Position numbers and translations under genes: made by a program. From positions 142,712,815 through 142,776,814 of the forward strand of contig NC_052152.1 in the NCBI RefSeq assembly GCF_902713615.1: 64,000 nt of DNA, given 5' to 3'. Every line of letters begins with the position of its first letter. The stretch's first letter is position 1. The notes beneath the pieces were generated by a model. That model had not been told where the DNA came from. It searched no databases and saw nothing but the letters and a program-made list of their open reading frames with translations. Origin of the DNA: Scyliorhinus canicula (lineage: Eukaryota). Below are positions 37,507-50,988 of this stretch, in pieces.

Positions 37507-39053
37507 ATGGCTAGGGAAATTGCAGATGCACTAATGATGATTTACCAAAATTCACTAGACTCTGGGGTGGTCCCGGTGGATTGGAAATTAGCAAACGTGA
37601 CACCACTGTTTAAAAAAGGAGGCAGGCAGAGAGCAGGAAATTATAGGCCAGTGAGCTTAACTTCGGTAGTAGGGAAGATGCTGGAATCTATCATCAAGGA
37701 AGAAATAGCGAGGCATCTGGATAGAAATTGTCCCATTGGGCAGACGCAGCATGGGTTCATAAAGGGCAGGTCGTGCCTAACTAATTTAGTGGAATTTTTT
37801 GAGGACATTACCAGTGCAGTAGATAACGGGGAGCCAATGGATGTGGTATATCTGGATTTCCAGAAAGCCTTTGACAAGGTGCCACACAAAAGGTTGCTGC
37901 ATAAGATAAAGATGCATGGCATTAAGGGTAAAGTAGTAGCATGGATAGAGGATTGGTTAATTAATAGAAAGCAAAGAGTGGGGATTAATGGGTGTTTTCT
38001 CTGGTTGGCAATCAGTAGCTAGTGGTGTCCCTCAGGGATCCGTGTTGGGCCCACAATTGTTCACAATTTACATAGATGATTTGAAGTTGGGGACCAAAGG
38101 AATGTGTCCAAGTTTGCAGATGACACTAAGATGAGTGGTAAAGCGAAAAGTGCAGAGGATACTGGAAGTCTGCAGAGGGATTTGGATAGGTTAAGTGAAT
38201 GGGCTAGGGTCTGGCAGATGGAATACAGTGTTGACAAATGTGAGGTTATCCATTTTGGTAGAAATAACAGCAAACGGGATTATTATTTAAACGATAAAAT
38301 ATTAAAGCATGCCGCTGTGCAGAGAGACTTGGGTGTGCTAGTGCATGACTCACAGAAAGTTGGTTTACATGTGCAACAGGTGATTAAGAAGGTAAAGGGA
38401 ATTTTGTCTTTCATTGCTAGAGGGATGGAGTTTAAGACTAGGGAGGTTATGTTGCAATTGTATAAGGTGTTAGTGAGGCCACACCTGGAGTATTGTGTTC
38501 CGTTTTGGTCTCCTTACTTGAGAAAGGACATACTGGCACTGGAGGGTGTGCAGAGGAGATTCACTAGGTTAATCCCAGAGCTGAAGGGGTTGGATTATGA
38601 GGAGAGGTTGAGTAGACTGGGACTGTACTCGTTGGAATTTAGAAGGATGAGGGGGAATCTTATAGAAACATTAAAAATTATAAAGGGAATAGATAGGATA
38701 GATGCGGGCAGGTTGTTTCCACTGGCGGGTGAAAGCAGAACTAGGGGACATAGCCTCAAAATAAGGGGAAGTAGATTTAGGACTGAGTTTAGGAGGAACT
38801 TCTTCACCCAAAGGGTTGTGAATCTATGGAATTCCTTGCCCAGTGAAGCAGTTGAGGCTCCTTCATTCAATGTTTTTAAGGTAAAGATAGATTGTTTTTT
38901 GAAGAATAAAGAGATTAAGGGTTATGATGTTCGGGCCGGAAAGTGGAGCTGAGTCCACAAAAGATCAGCCATGATCTCATTGAATGGCGGAGCAGGCTCG
39001 AGGGGCCAGATGGCTTACTCCTGCTCCTAGTTCTTATGTTCTTATGTTCTTAT
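37507..39053 (+). mobile_element. CR1 LINE, 5'-truncated RT domain with frameshifts
   Basis: ORFs 37507-38022 and 38104-38952 (YLDFQKAFDKV, KFADD); (TTCTTATG)n tail. Confidence 0.95.
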
Positions 39054-40569
39054 ATGGAGAATAGGAATAGATGGCTAATGTCAAGAAACAAAAGATTGGC
39101 ATAGATGCAATAGGACGAGTGCATTATAAACTGTGCAGAAATTAATTTCAAATTATTATCAAAAACAAAATAGAAAATGCCAAGGGTGCGCATTGGAAAC
39201 AGAGTTCACTCCTTACTAATGCTGATTTTGCAATTTTATTTCAGATTTACAGCGTTTCTTTTGTGTTTTAACTGTATTCAAGATTTTGGAGGGGAGGCAG
39301 AAAGAAAACATGTATGTTTTGATGAGAGGGATGGATATATACACACTTTGGGCGAAGAGAGTGAGTTATACACGCAAGGCGAGATCTTTCAGCTATTCAC
39401 ACTGGCGGGATCTTCCTGACCCGTGAACAGCACACGGCAGCCGTGTGTTTCCTAGCACCGTGGGGTGGATTCAGTGGGAAATCCCGTTGGCAGCAGCGGG
39501 ATCAGAAGATCCCGCCACGGCCAATGGCAGGCCACCTCCCTGCCATTACCTGCCAAGAAGAAGGTAAGGCCAGAGAACCTCGCCCACAAACATTGGGGAA
39601 AATGGAGAAAGCGGTATTCACATACATTCATGGGGACAGAGATGTATTTTTGGTGAGAGTAAATAAAAGATAGGAATTGGCATGGATTTAATGGCATTTG
39701 ATTCTGCACTACGCCACATTATGTACTGTCAATTCAATATTAATATGAAGGATTTGTGACTCTGTAATATTCAGAGTTTCTGCATATCAAATAAAAACAG
39801 TAAAAGCTGAAAGTGCACAGCTGGTCATTTCCCATCTGATAGATAGATTCAATTTTCCAGCGTTATCAAACTGTTGTACATTTTTATTTCAGATTACTGA
39901 CTTCTCCAGATTTCCTAGTACTTCAATGACATAATCTGAGAGCACAGATCAGCAACGTCTACCAGGCCAGCATCATTTCTCCATTTCCTGAATCACCACA
40001 ATTAATGTGGCTGGATTTTCACATCAGTTACGGACCATTAACAGGCATTTATTGGACATAATTGATAAAAGTGTGAACAAAGATTGATTTTCTTGGATCT
40101 TTCCTCATGAGGGTGAAAAGTAGGAGAGCTCACAGGCCAACCAGAATTCCCAGGAATAGGTGGGAGTTTAATTTTCAATGTGCATGAGTAGTGACATTGT
40201 CAGGTCTTTAGCGTTATTCCTTGCCAACACGGACAGTAGAATTCCAACATGACAACTTTTCTGAGGCAATTTCCATTACCAAAGTGCAAACAGAAGTGTG
40301 ACTACAGGGAATTAGGGCCAGGATTTTTTTGGCCCCTCCCACTTGGTGGGGTAGTACTTAAATGCTGAACTTAAATGGCCCATTGCATCCACCAGAGGTA
40401 GACTCATCCCAACAAGGCCATAAAATCCCTGCCTAGGTCTTACAGGTAGGAAGTGCAGAAAGACACAATTTTTAAATTATAGTTACACTCCATGTCAGTT
40501 GCCTTCCAGACAACATTCCCATTCCAGCAACAAATGAATCATGAAAATTGAAAATTATCGCAAAAAATT

Positions 40570-41680
40570 ACGAGGCAACACACCTTTGTGGAAAAAATGA
40601 ATAGATAGAATACAAACAAAATGACCTAATTTTAAAGGGGGTGCAAGAAGAAGGAGATCTGGGTATACTTGAGTTCAAATCTTTGAAGGTGACAGGGCAG
40701 GTTAATGAAGCAGTTATCACAATATATGGGACCCTCAGCTTTATAAACAGGCGCAAAGTACAAAAGCCAGGAAGTTATGCTAAACCGATATTAAACACGA
40801 GTCCAGCCCCAGCTGGAATATTGTGCCATTTCTGGGCACCACAATTTAAGAAAGATATGAAGGCTTTGGAGAGATTATAGAAGAGATTTACCAGAATCAT
40901 TCCAGAGATGAGGATTTACAGTTATGTGGATAGACTGAAGAAACTGGTGTTGTTCTCCTTAGAGCAGACTGAAGAGAATTGACAAAGGCATTTAGAATTA
41001 TGATGGCTGTAAATAAAGTAAATAAAGAGAACTGAATCATAGCATTTACAGCATTTACAGTGCAGAAGAAGGCCATTCGGCCTATTGAGTTTGCACCAGC
41101 CCTTGGAAAGTGCACCCTACTTAAGCCCACACCTCCAATTTAACCCTACAACCCAGTAACCCACCTAACCTTTTGGATACTAAGGGCAATTTAAGATGGC
41201 CAATCCACCTAACCTGCGCATCTTTGGACTGTGAGAGGAAACTGGAGCACCCGGAGGAAACCCACGCAGACACGGGGAGAACATGCAGACTCCGCACAGA
41301 GAGTGATCCAAGCCAGGAATCGAACTTGGGACTATGGAGCTGTGAAGCAACAGTGCTAACCACTGTTCTACCATGCCCATAAAGTGAACTTTATGGGACT
41401 CAAGGGTCAAGGGTCCTGAGGCACATATTTGAGGCGATGGGCAAAAGAGTCAGAATTGAGAAAAGGAAAACCTTTTTTACACAATGAATGATTAGGAGTT
41501 GGAATACATTGTCAGATTCAATAGTAACTTTCAAAAAGGGTACTGGATAAAAATTGAAGCTGTAAAAGATTGCTTTGGCATGGGAAAGAGTGGGGGAATA
41601 ATTGCTCTTCCAAACAGCCAACACAGATTCAATGGGCAGATTGGCTTCTCTCTATGGTGTACTGATCTATTATTCTACGA
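40570..41680 (+). mobile_element. Degraded CR1 3' part interrupted by a SINE
   Basis: VQEEGDLG..., FWAPQFKKDMKALE, continuing after 41380. Confidence 0.75.
41035..41378 (-). mobile_element. HE1-type V-SINE
   Basis: Full head, V-domain and tail. Confidence 0.88.
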
Positions 41681-42019
41681 ATACACTGTTTCAATAGGAC
41701 TGAGGTGAAATTGATTTTTGTATTTACTGACTTGCTACTGCTTGTAGCTAAATGTACTGTAATTACTAAAATTATTGATGCCACTGTAATGATTATCTAA
41801 TCGAACTGATGTACATTATGTACATCCGCAAAGTCAACAATCATGTGGACTAAAAAATTAATTTGCTTCTTTTTGCAGGGAAGAGGGGTTTGGAGGGATG
41901 CACAGCCATTTATTTAGATACAAGCACCATCACTTCAGGAACTTCAAAACAAACTTCTGAGAAATCTGCACAGATAGTATCAATTAGCCTCAGTCAGGGC
42001 TTACGCAGTCTTCTCTTAT

Positions 42020-42220
42020 TGAGCACAGGAAGAAGTCTTAGAACACCAGGTTAAAGTCCAACATGTTTGTTTAAAACACTAGCTTTCGGAGCAGTGCTCC
42101 TTCCTCAGGTGAGCAGTGCTCCGAAAGCTAGTGTTTGAAACAAACATGTTGGACTTTAACCTGGTGTTGTAAGACGTCTTACTGTGCTCACCCCAGTCCA
42201 ACGCCGGCATCTCCACATCA
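42020..42220. mobile_element. Penelope-like pseudo-LTR fold-back with a hammerhead motif
   Basis: About 80-bp arms in inverted orientation; same sequence as 56305-56395; minus-strand CUGAGGA-AGGAGC-ACU-GCUCC-GAAA at 42108-42084. Confidence 0.8.
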
Positions 42221-43059
42221 TTCTCCTATTGAGATTTATTTGGTTTCAGGAAAGCTCAACCAGTGCAAACGTCAAAACATACCAACGCAGAACTTCCTGC
42301 TGCTTGTCCGCCTCACCCACTGACACTGCGCACCGACCTGCAGAATGTTTTAAACCAAATCGCCAGTGACAGGCTCACAAATCCGGGTCCCTGTTCCTGT
42401 GCAAACTGACCAATTAATCAGCAATTCAGCTCTCTTGTCCAGACAAACTTTACATTAATGAAACATTGTCCCTGAATTTGTTGCTCCCAGATAGCTTGTG
42501 GCATGTGCCATTAGTTCGATTTATTCGCTCCATGTTTCACCTTATAGCATGGGTGTTGTAACTTGCTGGTCGCGCAGCACAAACAATCGGAAATTTGAGT
42601 GATGGCACCAACCTCTATGAAGTAGTCTAACAACGTAGCATTGCAAATAGTTGAAGACATGTCCAATGAACTCAGTTAAAGAGTACCACTGATAGGCGGA
42701 TGATCGGTGTCTTTTTGAAATGGCATTTAATTAATTTTAAAATGTCAGTAAAATGCAAAATATCTTACTAATCTTTATTAAAAAGTAATTAACAGCCTGT
42801 GCTTAACAGCAAAAGATGCCTCATAAAAAGTCAGATGAAAAGAAGAGGGGCGGGATTTTCTGGCCTCCCAGTTGCTTATGTCTCGGCAACAGGAGGCCAT
42901 GCGCCGGGATTCTCTGCCCCCATTGCTGTCAATGGGAATTCCCATTGAAGCCACCCCATGCTGCCGGGAAACACGTGGGCCGGTGCGCTGCCGACTGGAC
43001 CAGAGATCTCACAACTTTGCTGATGGTGGCTTATCTGCATTCCTCACTCAAAACATAGC

Positions 43060-44631
43060 AGGAGCGATTTGTCCACCGTGTTCTGCCAGGCGCCGAACCG
43101 GGTGCGCCCGAAGCATCGTGGGAGAGGCCCAAATCGGACTTTGCGCCAGGCACAAAACCACACACAATTCACCCGACCTGCAGCAACCAGCACAATCTGA
43201 TTAACCTGATCCAGCTTTCACTGAGTGTGATGCAGATGATCATACTTAGATGATTAAATTATCTAAATCAGGGGTGGGCAAACTATGGCCCGCGGGCCGC
43301 ATGCGGCCCGCCAAAGGTCTTTATGCGGCCCACCAAGATCAAGTCATTTTTTTAAAAAAAAAATTTTTTTTTTTTAATTTAATGTTAATGGGGGGGGGGG
43401 GGGGCTGTTGGGTTACTGGTTTAGGGTGGATACATTGACTTGAGTAGGGTGATCATTGCTCGGCACAACATGTGTTTCATGTGAAGTTTCTACTTTAAAA
43501 TATTAATTAATAAAAATTAATTGCTTTTTTTTTGTAAACTGAGTTACTTTGTTTTTCAAATAAATGTGTTTCATGTAAAGTTTCTACTTTAAAATATTAA
43601 TTAATAAAAATTAATTGCTTTTTTTTTCTTTAAAAACCTTATATTTTGGCTATTTAAAATATTAATTATTTTACTTAATATACTATGCGGCCCTTTAAAA
43701 TTGTGAATTTCTGAATGTGGCCCTTGCACAGAAAAGTTTGCCCACCCCTGATCTAAATGATCATAAATAATTAAATTATCTAAATATACACAGCCTATTT
43801 GAGGTTGCATTCCCTCGGTGCCCGGGGGTCATTGGCCACACTGACAAGGCATCAACCGGGTGCCTATTAGTACTGGTCTCCATGAGCATAGGCCAAGCGT
43901 GATGTCCACTCTGGGGATCTTGGGGCCATTAGATCCCACGGATGGTTGAGGACAGGACAGGGTAGTAGCCTGGTATTTTCCCAGGCACCCATGCACTCTG
44001 AAAGTGCCAGCATGGCACCCTGGAACCTAGGACTACTAAGGTGCCCGGTACACACTGTCAGGGTTCCAGGAGCACTGTCCGGGTTCCAGGGTGGCAGTTC
44101 CAGGGAGCCCGGGTGCTAGCTTGGCACTGCCAAAGATTGGAGTTGGCAACGCACATGAAAGGGGCAGTGAAGGGAGTATATGATAAATGGGGGAGTGGAT
44201 GGGGGGTATGAAGAGGCTTCATAAAAGTTGGGAGAGATGAGGGGGTCCTGAAAAGTGGGTGTGGGGGCCTGAATTGGGGTCCCTCAGTGAACCCATAGTG
44301 AGGTGTGCTCACTTGGCTGGGGGAGGGCAATGTCCATGACTGCAAGGGGTGACATTGTCCATGGGTATGGGGTCCTCAAGCTGAATTCTAGATTGGGGCA
44401 CCCTTTCAAAATCATGTTCCAATCTCTTTGGAGCCTGTCTCGCTGGCGAGTTTAGCCACCCAGTGCTGAAAAAATTCTAAGTGTGGCCAGATCAGGGAGA
44501 AACTCCCCAAGCCCCTCAAAAAACAATTAAGTGTGGGTAAATACAGGTCTGAATCTCATCCAAAAAGCCGATGGGTAACAGTCCGCCAATTTCACCCAAA
44601 TGGCACAGTCATATTTTGGGACAATCACGCA
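43060..44631. mobile_element. Older Harbinger-type MITE hosting the hAT insertion
   Basis: GGAGCGATTTGTCC / GGACAATCACGCAC degenerate termini; TGGCA/TGCCA repeats as in related copies. Confidence 0.55.
43269..43750. mobile_element. Non-autonomous hAT (Charlie/Buster-type) element
   Basis: TIRs CAGGGGTGGGCAAACT / AGTTTGCCCACCCCTG; exact 8-bp TSD ATCTAAAT with central TA. Confidence 0.93.
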
Positions 44632-44874
44632 CAATTTTCATCATTAGGTACGATTCCATGATCTGTCAGCAGTTGCTAAACAATCCTGATTGTGCTAAGA
44701 ATTACATTGTCAACCAATTTAAAATCACCAGTCGACTCCCAGTGTGACTCACTTACACATGCTGGAAGAAATGTATACTCAAACACAGGGCCTCGCCCTT
44801 TGCCGACATAAAGAGCATGTCACGCTTTGTGCTTTTTTTCAACTGAACAAAAGATTGCCTTGTTTGGATTTAAA

Positions 44875-45070
44875 CCAAAGCTTGTCAGTTAATTGTTCTC
44901 TGCTGCAATCTCCATGGCAATGCTTCTACCAATCAGAAATTACTTGCCAACCAAGCAGCACTCTCTTCTCATGCAGTATAAATTGTTGTTCCCTTTACTA
45001 TTGTTATTCTTGTCAATTTGTCCTGATGAGTGCAAGACTGGAAGCTTTGACAGTATCTCTTTTTTCAGCA
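44875..45070 (+). mobile_element. Penelope-like/retrozyme-like short element with CCAAT/TATA and a degenerate hammerhead
   Basis: CCAAT about 44929, TATAAA about 44977, TGTC-CTGATGA-GTGCAAGAC-TGGAA-GCTTT-GACA at 45019-45052. Confidence 0.55.
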
Positions 45071-46466
45071 ATAATCAAGAAATATTAATTTCATCCCTGT
45101 GACCTATCAGCACTGTTAATGAGAATATTAGTATAGAAAGAATTCACATACGTTATCATCTGTGTTCTGGTCAGTGTGAATTCTAATTGACAGAAAACCC
45201 ATGAAAAACATCTGGTGCCCAACGATTTCTTACCAAAATCTTGACCTTTTATTTATACAATGATGGCCAACTCTAGACAAGAGAGAGGCGATCAATTGAT
45301 TGAGTAATGCTGACTGTGCAAATGAAATAATTCTGTGAAACATTTGAGTAATTTCGCTGACATTAGTTTGAGCTTTTATGCGTATGTTTTTCTTTGTTGA
45401 TACGTGTAGTCGTTGAAACAAAATACATCAATAGAACTGGTCCTCTCATTGATCGCGTGGTAACGCTGATGATCACTGAGTATGCAGGAAGAAGCCATCC
45501 TTACTGGAGCACTCTAAATGCTGGCTGAAGCAAAACTCTACTCGTGACCAGCAAAACCATGGAATGCTTAAGCTTCTATTGTTGCCATGAGAATCTCATT
45601 TTCACAGACAGGCTGGCACTCCCTGCTCAGGTTTTGGACTATTGCCATTTTTTCTTACTTCAATTACCCACCACCGGAATCATGAAATACCTCCAGGATT
45701 GCGGACATGACTAAATTAGTTATAACCCAACGATCAAATTGATTGCTAGAATTTACATCATGAAACACGTGAATGAAATTCATTTCGGGATTATAGATTT
45801 CTGTATATTTAAGTGACTGAAGTTCCGTTTGATTGGTCATTGCGTTGCCGTCTGGCTGTCCTGATGTGGAGAATATCTGACATCATTCAAACCTGAAATT
45901 GGCCCCTGGTTTAAAAGGTATTATATCAATTTAATTAAATGAAATAGAATATGACTGAACCTCCATAGAACATCCACTGGGGATTGTAGATCATGAGTGG
46001 ATTTTCATGAGGTATTTTTTAATGGACTATATTTAAATTGAACTCTTGGAATTACTCTAAAATATTTATGTTCTGTGTATTTGAATTTCCCCATATAACT
46101 CGCTGCATTTCAAAATAATTAATTATGTGCAAAATGCCTTGATGTTTTTGAAAGTAATGATGCAGTTCTATATTTTTAGACAGTGCCTCAAACTGAGTTG
46201 CACATCCTGATAACCTCTCTACCTTCAGGTATCTCACAGGTATAGATGGGGTGAGTGGGGAGGGGCGGATGGTGACATGAGAGGAGGGAGCAGGTAGGAA
46301 AGTGGAGTTAAACCACCAACTGCCATGATCATATTGAATGGCGGTACAGCCCTGATGGTTCTAATGGCCTTCTCCTTCTTGTGATCTGAGGTTCTGGCAT
46401 AACACATTGTGGAACATATTCAAGGCAAGGGAAGAGTATAAATGTAAATAAACAAAAAGAAACCTT

Positions 46467-47123
46467 GGGCGCGATCGAACGGCCTTGTCGCGCCCGACTC
46501 AAGATGCGACGAGGCCCATTAAATCTCGTGAAAGGCGACACTCAGGATCCATATTTTCATATTTAGGTGAGCAGTTAGGCTCACTTAAATATGTCTGCGC
46601 TAGAGTCTCCCAAGGCTCAGATCGGACGCCCGTGCCTGGGATAACTTGCCATGGTGCCGTTTAGTATTTGTCCACACAAACATGGACCAGGCGTAATGGT
46701 ACCTGAGGGGCCATTGGAGACTCTAGGCAGGGTGGTACCCTGGTACTCCTGCTGTCAGCCTGGCACCTTGGTACTGCCACCTGAGCTCCCTGGCAGTGCC
46801 ATACTGCCACTGGCAGAGTGCCCAGATGGTACTGCCAGAGTGCCAGACTGGCAGTGCCAATATGTGAGGTTGGCACTGCCAGATATAGGGCCCAGGTGTG
46901 CCCTGCCCTTATGAGGTGGGGTAAAGGGGGAGGCCTCACGGACTCCATAATAAGTCAATTGGGGCATTGGGGGGTCTATAGGCTATGATGAGGAGTCCAA
47001 GGAGGTCCAGAGATTGGGGAGATTAGAGACCTGTTTGATAGTGGAGCCATTCTCGACAATGTGAACACCCTGCTAAACGCACCCAAAATGGGACTTGATT
47101 ATTTTTCGTGTTAAATTGCACCC
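46467..47123. mobile_element. Older Harbinger-type MITE
   Basis: GGGCGCGATCGAAC / GTTAAATTGCACCC. Confidence 0.75.
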
Positions 47124-47934
47124 CGTATGTATTATCTTCCAGGGATTAGTCTTGGTTTTAGAATTCATTCCAGATATTCCATGTGGTTGGAGGCTGTATC
47201 GTCAGTCAGAGAACTCTTCCCAGATGACTGGATATTTTACAATTCGTGTGCTCTCCCCACAAGAATGGAGACAATCCTGCAGGAAGACAGCTTTGAGTGA
47301 CCACCTAAAGAGATGGGACAGATCTACAGGTCTTATTCCTCAACCTCAATGTGATGTGCAAGAAATGTCACACCTGCCCCCATTCCCCTTGCGCCTTTGC
47401 CGCAACGCCAACCCTAGGGGTCTAATGTTAAACCACATGAGATGCCAGTTCAGTGATGGATCGGATCAGTTTTACTGATCTGCAGAGTTAAATTTCTACA
47501 ACTGACCTCATGTCCCTGAACTGGGGAACAAGCAATTAACTGGAATATCTGTGGCTGCCTGCTCTCCTGTCACCTTGCATCTCAGTGTATCAGAAAAGAA
47601 CAGAACCTGGCTTCATTAGTTTGTCCTTCATTTCTGAACAGTCTAGGTTCATAGATTAAAATGTCTGGAGAGCTGCGAAGTCAAGGGGCCACCGAGTCCT
47701 TTGAAGCTAAATCTCAGGAATACCCCAAGGACGTTTTCCAACTCAGCCTCATCCACAATCACATTAGACTCCAAACATGCATGTGATGGGGCCAGAGCCT
47801 ATACGACACAGCATATCTCTGTTGAACTCTCATTCACTGGTTCCAGAGTCTAGAGAACAATTTGAAGGCATTGCATTGGAACACCAAGAAGCAAGCCAGA
47901 AATGTATTTTGATCAAACGCCTCCTTTACCATAC

Positions 47935-48880
47935 TGAACAAGAGAAAATCTAGCCATCTCCCCATGCCATTTAATGGCATTGCCATTGCTGAATATCCCA
48001 CTATTAGCATTCTGGGTGTTATCATTGACCAGAAATTGAACTGACTAGCCATTTAAATACTGTGTCTACAAGAGCAAGTCAGAGGCTGAAAGTTTTGTGG
48101 TGAGTAACTCACCTCCTGACTCCCCTATATCTGTCCACCATCTGCAAGGCGCAAGTTAGGAGTGTGCCGTAATACCCTCTACTTTCCTGGATAAGTCTAG
48201 CTCTGATAAAAGTCAAGGTCAACACTATCACGGACAGATCAGGCCTTTTCATTGGCGCACCATCCATCACATTAAATATTTCCACTGAAGCACAATAGCA
48301 GCAGTGTGCAAAGGTATAGTAAAATTGCCATAGTCCCCTTTGAGGGGGAGAGCTGACTGGTGGTGATTTAACCTGAGGATCACCACACCTCAGGCAAGGG
48401 GCAAGGTTGAGAAGGCGGGACCTTCATGGATAACCTCAGCCGGTACAGGAATTGAATGCGTGCTGCAGCCTTATCCAGCATTATAAACAGTTATCTAGCC
48501 TACTGAGCTAAACCGCCCCCCAGCAGTGCGTACCATCCAGGAGATGCAATGCAGGAACTCACCAAGGCTCCTTCGACAGCAACTTCCAAGCCCACAACCT
48601 CTACCACCTAGAAGGTCTAAGTCAACAGATATAAGGGAACACCACCAGCTGGGAATTTCCCCTCCAAGCCACACACCATTCCAACTTGGAACTATATCAC
48701 ATTTCCTCCACTGTCACTGGGTCAAAATCCTGGAACTCCCTCCCTAACAACACTGTGGGTGTGCCTAAACCTCATGGACTGCAGCGGTTCAAGAACGCAA
48801 CTCCCCACCACTTTCTCAAAAGCAGTTACGGATTGGCAACAAATGCTGACATAGCTAGCGACACCCACATTCTGTAAAAA
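47935..48880 (+). mobile_element. Degraded LINE 3' part, interrupted by a SINE (48326-48515)
   Basis: ILGVIIDQKLN*...STICKAQVRSV...Y pattern; A-rich end about 48876. Confidence 0.65.
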
Positions 48881-50152
48881 AATAAATTAAACAACATCCT
48901 GCGAGAGAAGATGATCAGGTTATAATTGGACCACTTCTGCTGTCAAACCCAAGCAAAATAAGAATCCCAAATAGGATCCTGGTAGACAATAATTTGGTTC
49001 CAAATGTTCAGATCATAACATTAGGCACAACCGATCTGAACGTTTACAACATCGGACTAATTAGATGCAAACAGCTTTACATGATAATAGACGAAAAAAA
49101 GTTGCAACTTGAAAGAAAGAAACAATCTTTCTGTAATAAAAACAGAAAGTTCTGGAAAAACACAGCTGGTCAAGCAGCAACTGTGGATAGAGAAACAGAG
49201 TTAACATTTTGAGTCCAATTTGACACTTCTTCGGAACCTTCTGTGAACCAACAGTCTCTCTGTGATGCATCACTGGCTCCCGTTGGCACAAACAATAGCA
49301 AAGCAAATAATGCAGGACAGGAATTAAATAGGAACTGAGCGTGACAGTGGAGCTGATATAATGAGGTCGAAAGAGTCATTTTTGCTGCAGTTTGCTGGAG
49401 GCTCCTTTACCCCAGCAACAAGACAATAATTGCTCCTCCTGTTTCACCAAAGCAAACGTTAGGCAGATGTTAGTCAGAATATTCTCCACCTGAAGGTTCC
49501 AGAATCCTCGACATTTGGAGCAACTGGGCATTATAATTGTCTCCGTGTTCATCTGATAAAGAAACATCCATTGGAAGGGCCTTGCACCCAAAAATGGGGA
49601 GGGTAGTACAAACTGCAATGGCAATGACTGCCAGCTTCATAGCCTTATAGAAACGGTAGCCAGAAGTATCAGGCTGTAATGATCCTTCTGCTGTTCATAT
49701 ATTGGTCCCACAAACTCTATCATCTAGTAAATCAAGGGACCAGATGTATAGGAACCACCTGCAAATTCCTTTCCAAGCCTCACACAGTCCTAACTTGGAA
49801 TTTCATTCCCACTCCTTCATTGTTACGTGGCATCAGGTCAAATATAGGCAAGGAAATGTCCTTCAGCGAGCCTGGAAAATTGATCATGGAAAATGAGGAG
49901 ATGGCAGATGAGTTGAACAGGTATTTTGCATCAGTCTTCACTATAGAGGAAACAAGTACCATCCCAGATGCAGCTATAAACCAGGAAATAGAATGGAGGG
50001 AGGAACTCAGGAAAATTAGTCACCAGAGAAGTGGTACTAAGTAAATGATTGAGTGGCAGCATGATAAGAGCCCAGGACCTGATGGACTTCATCCTAGAAT
50101 CTTAAAAGAAATGTCCAGTGAGATCGTTGATGCATTGATTTTAATTTTCCAA

Positions 50153-50986
50153 TAAGGGAGGGAGACACTAATATCCTGAATGGGACTTACGGGGTGGAAA
50201 TGATTATTTTCACCATGGCCCTCCGAGTACAAGCGGGGGACTCTATTAACTATTATATAAAAGGCCGGCCAGTAAGGAACTGACAGACAGAAGGAACTCA
50301 GTAGTTATCGACCGGGTAGTGTCCATATCGTTATTGTAAATAAACTTAGGGCGGAATTCTCCGACCCCCCGCAGGGTCAGGGAATCGCCCGGGGCCGGAG
50401 TAAATCCCGCCCCCGCCGTGGCTGGAATTCTCCCCCACCCGCCAATCAGCGGGCCTCTCCCGCTGACGTGATTTAAACCACCTCTGGTGGCGATGGGATT
50501 GGCGGCAGGAGTGGGCCCCCGGGGTCATGGGGGGGGGGCGCAGAGCGAGCAGACCCCGGGGGATGCCCCCACGGTGGCCTGGCCCACGATCGGGGCCCAC
50601 CGATCGGCGGGCAGGCCTGTGCCGTGGGGGCACTCTTTTTCTTCCGCCGCCGCCACGGCCTCCACTATGGCAGAGGCAGAAGGGGCCGCTGACGCTCCGG
50701 CGCATGCGCGGACTCACGCCAACCGGCAAAGGCCTTTCGGCCAGCTCCGACGCCGGCAGGCGTAGTGCCAAAGGCCGTTGGCGCCAGTTGGCATAGCGGG
50801 AGCCACTCCAGCGCGGGCCTAGCCCCTAAAGGTGCAGAGAATTCCGCACCTTTGGGGAGACCCAATGCCGGAGTGGTTGGTGCCACTCCGCTATGCCGGG
50901 ACCCCCCACCCCGCTGGGTAGGGGAGAATTTTGCCCCTAGTTCTATATTTTACTTGGTGTGGACTCGTGTAGATTTATTAAAGACA
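50153..50986 (+). mobile_element. Solo-LTR-like insert (split by a MITE)
   Basis: TATAAAA about 50256, AATAAA about 50339, ends ...AAGACA; interrupts CR1 homology. Confidence 0.5.
50349..50936. mobile_element. Harbinger MITE (family B)
   Basis: GGGCGGAATTCTCC / GGAGAATTTTGCCC; TTA/CTA flanks. Confidence 0.88.
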
Positions 50987-50988
50987 GG

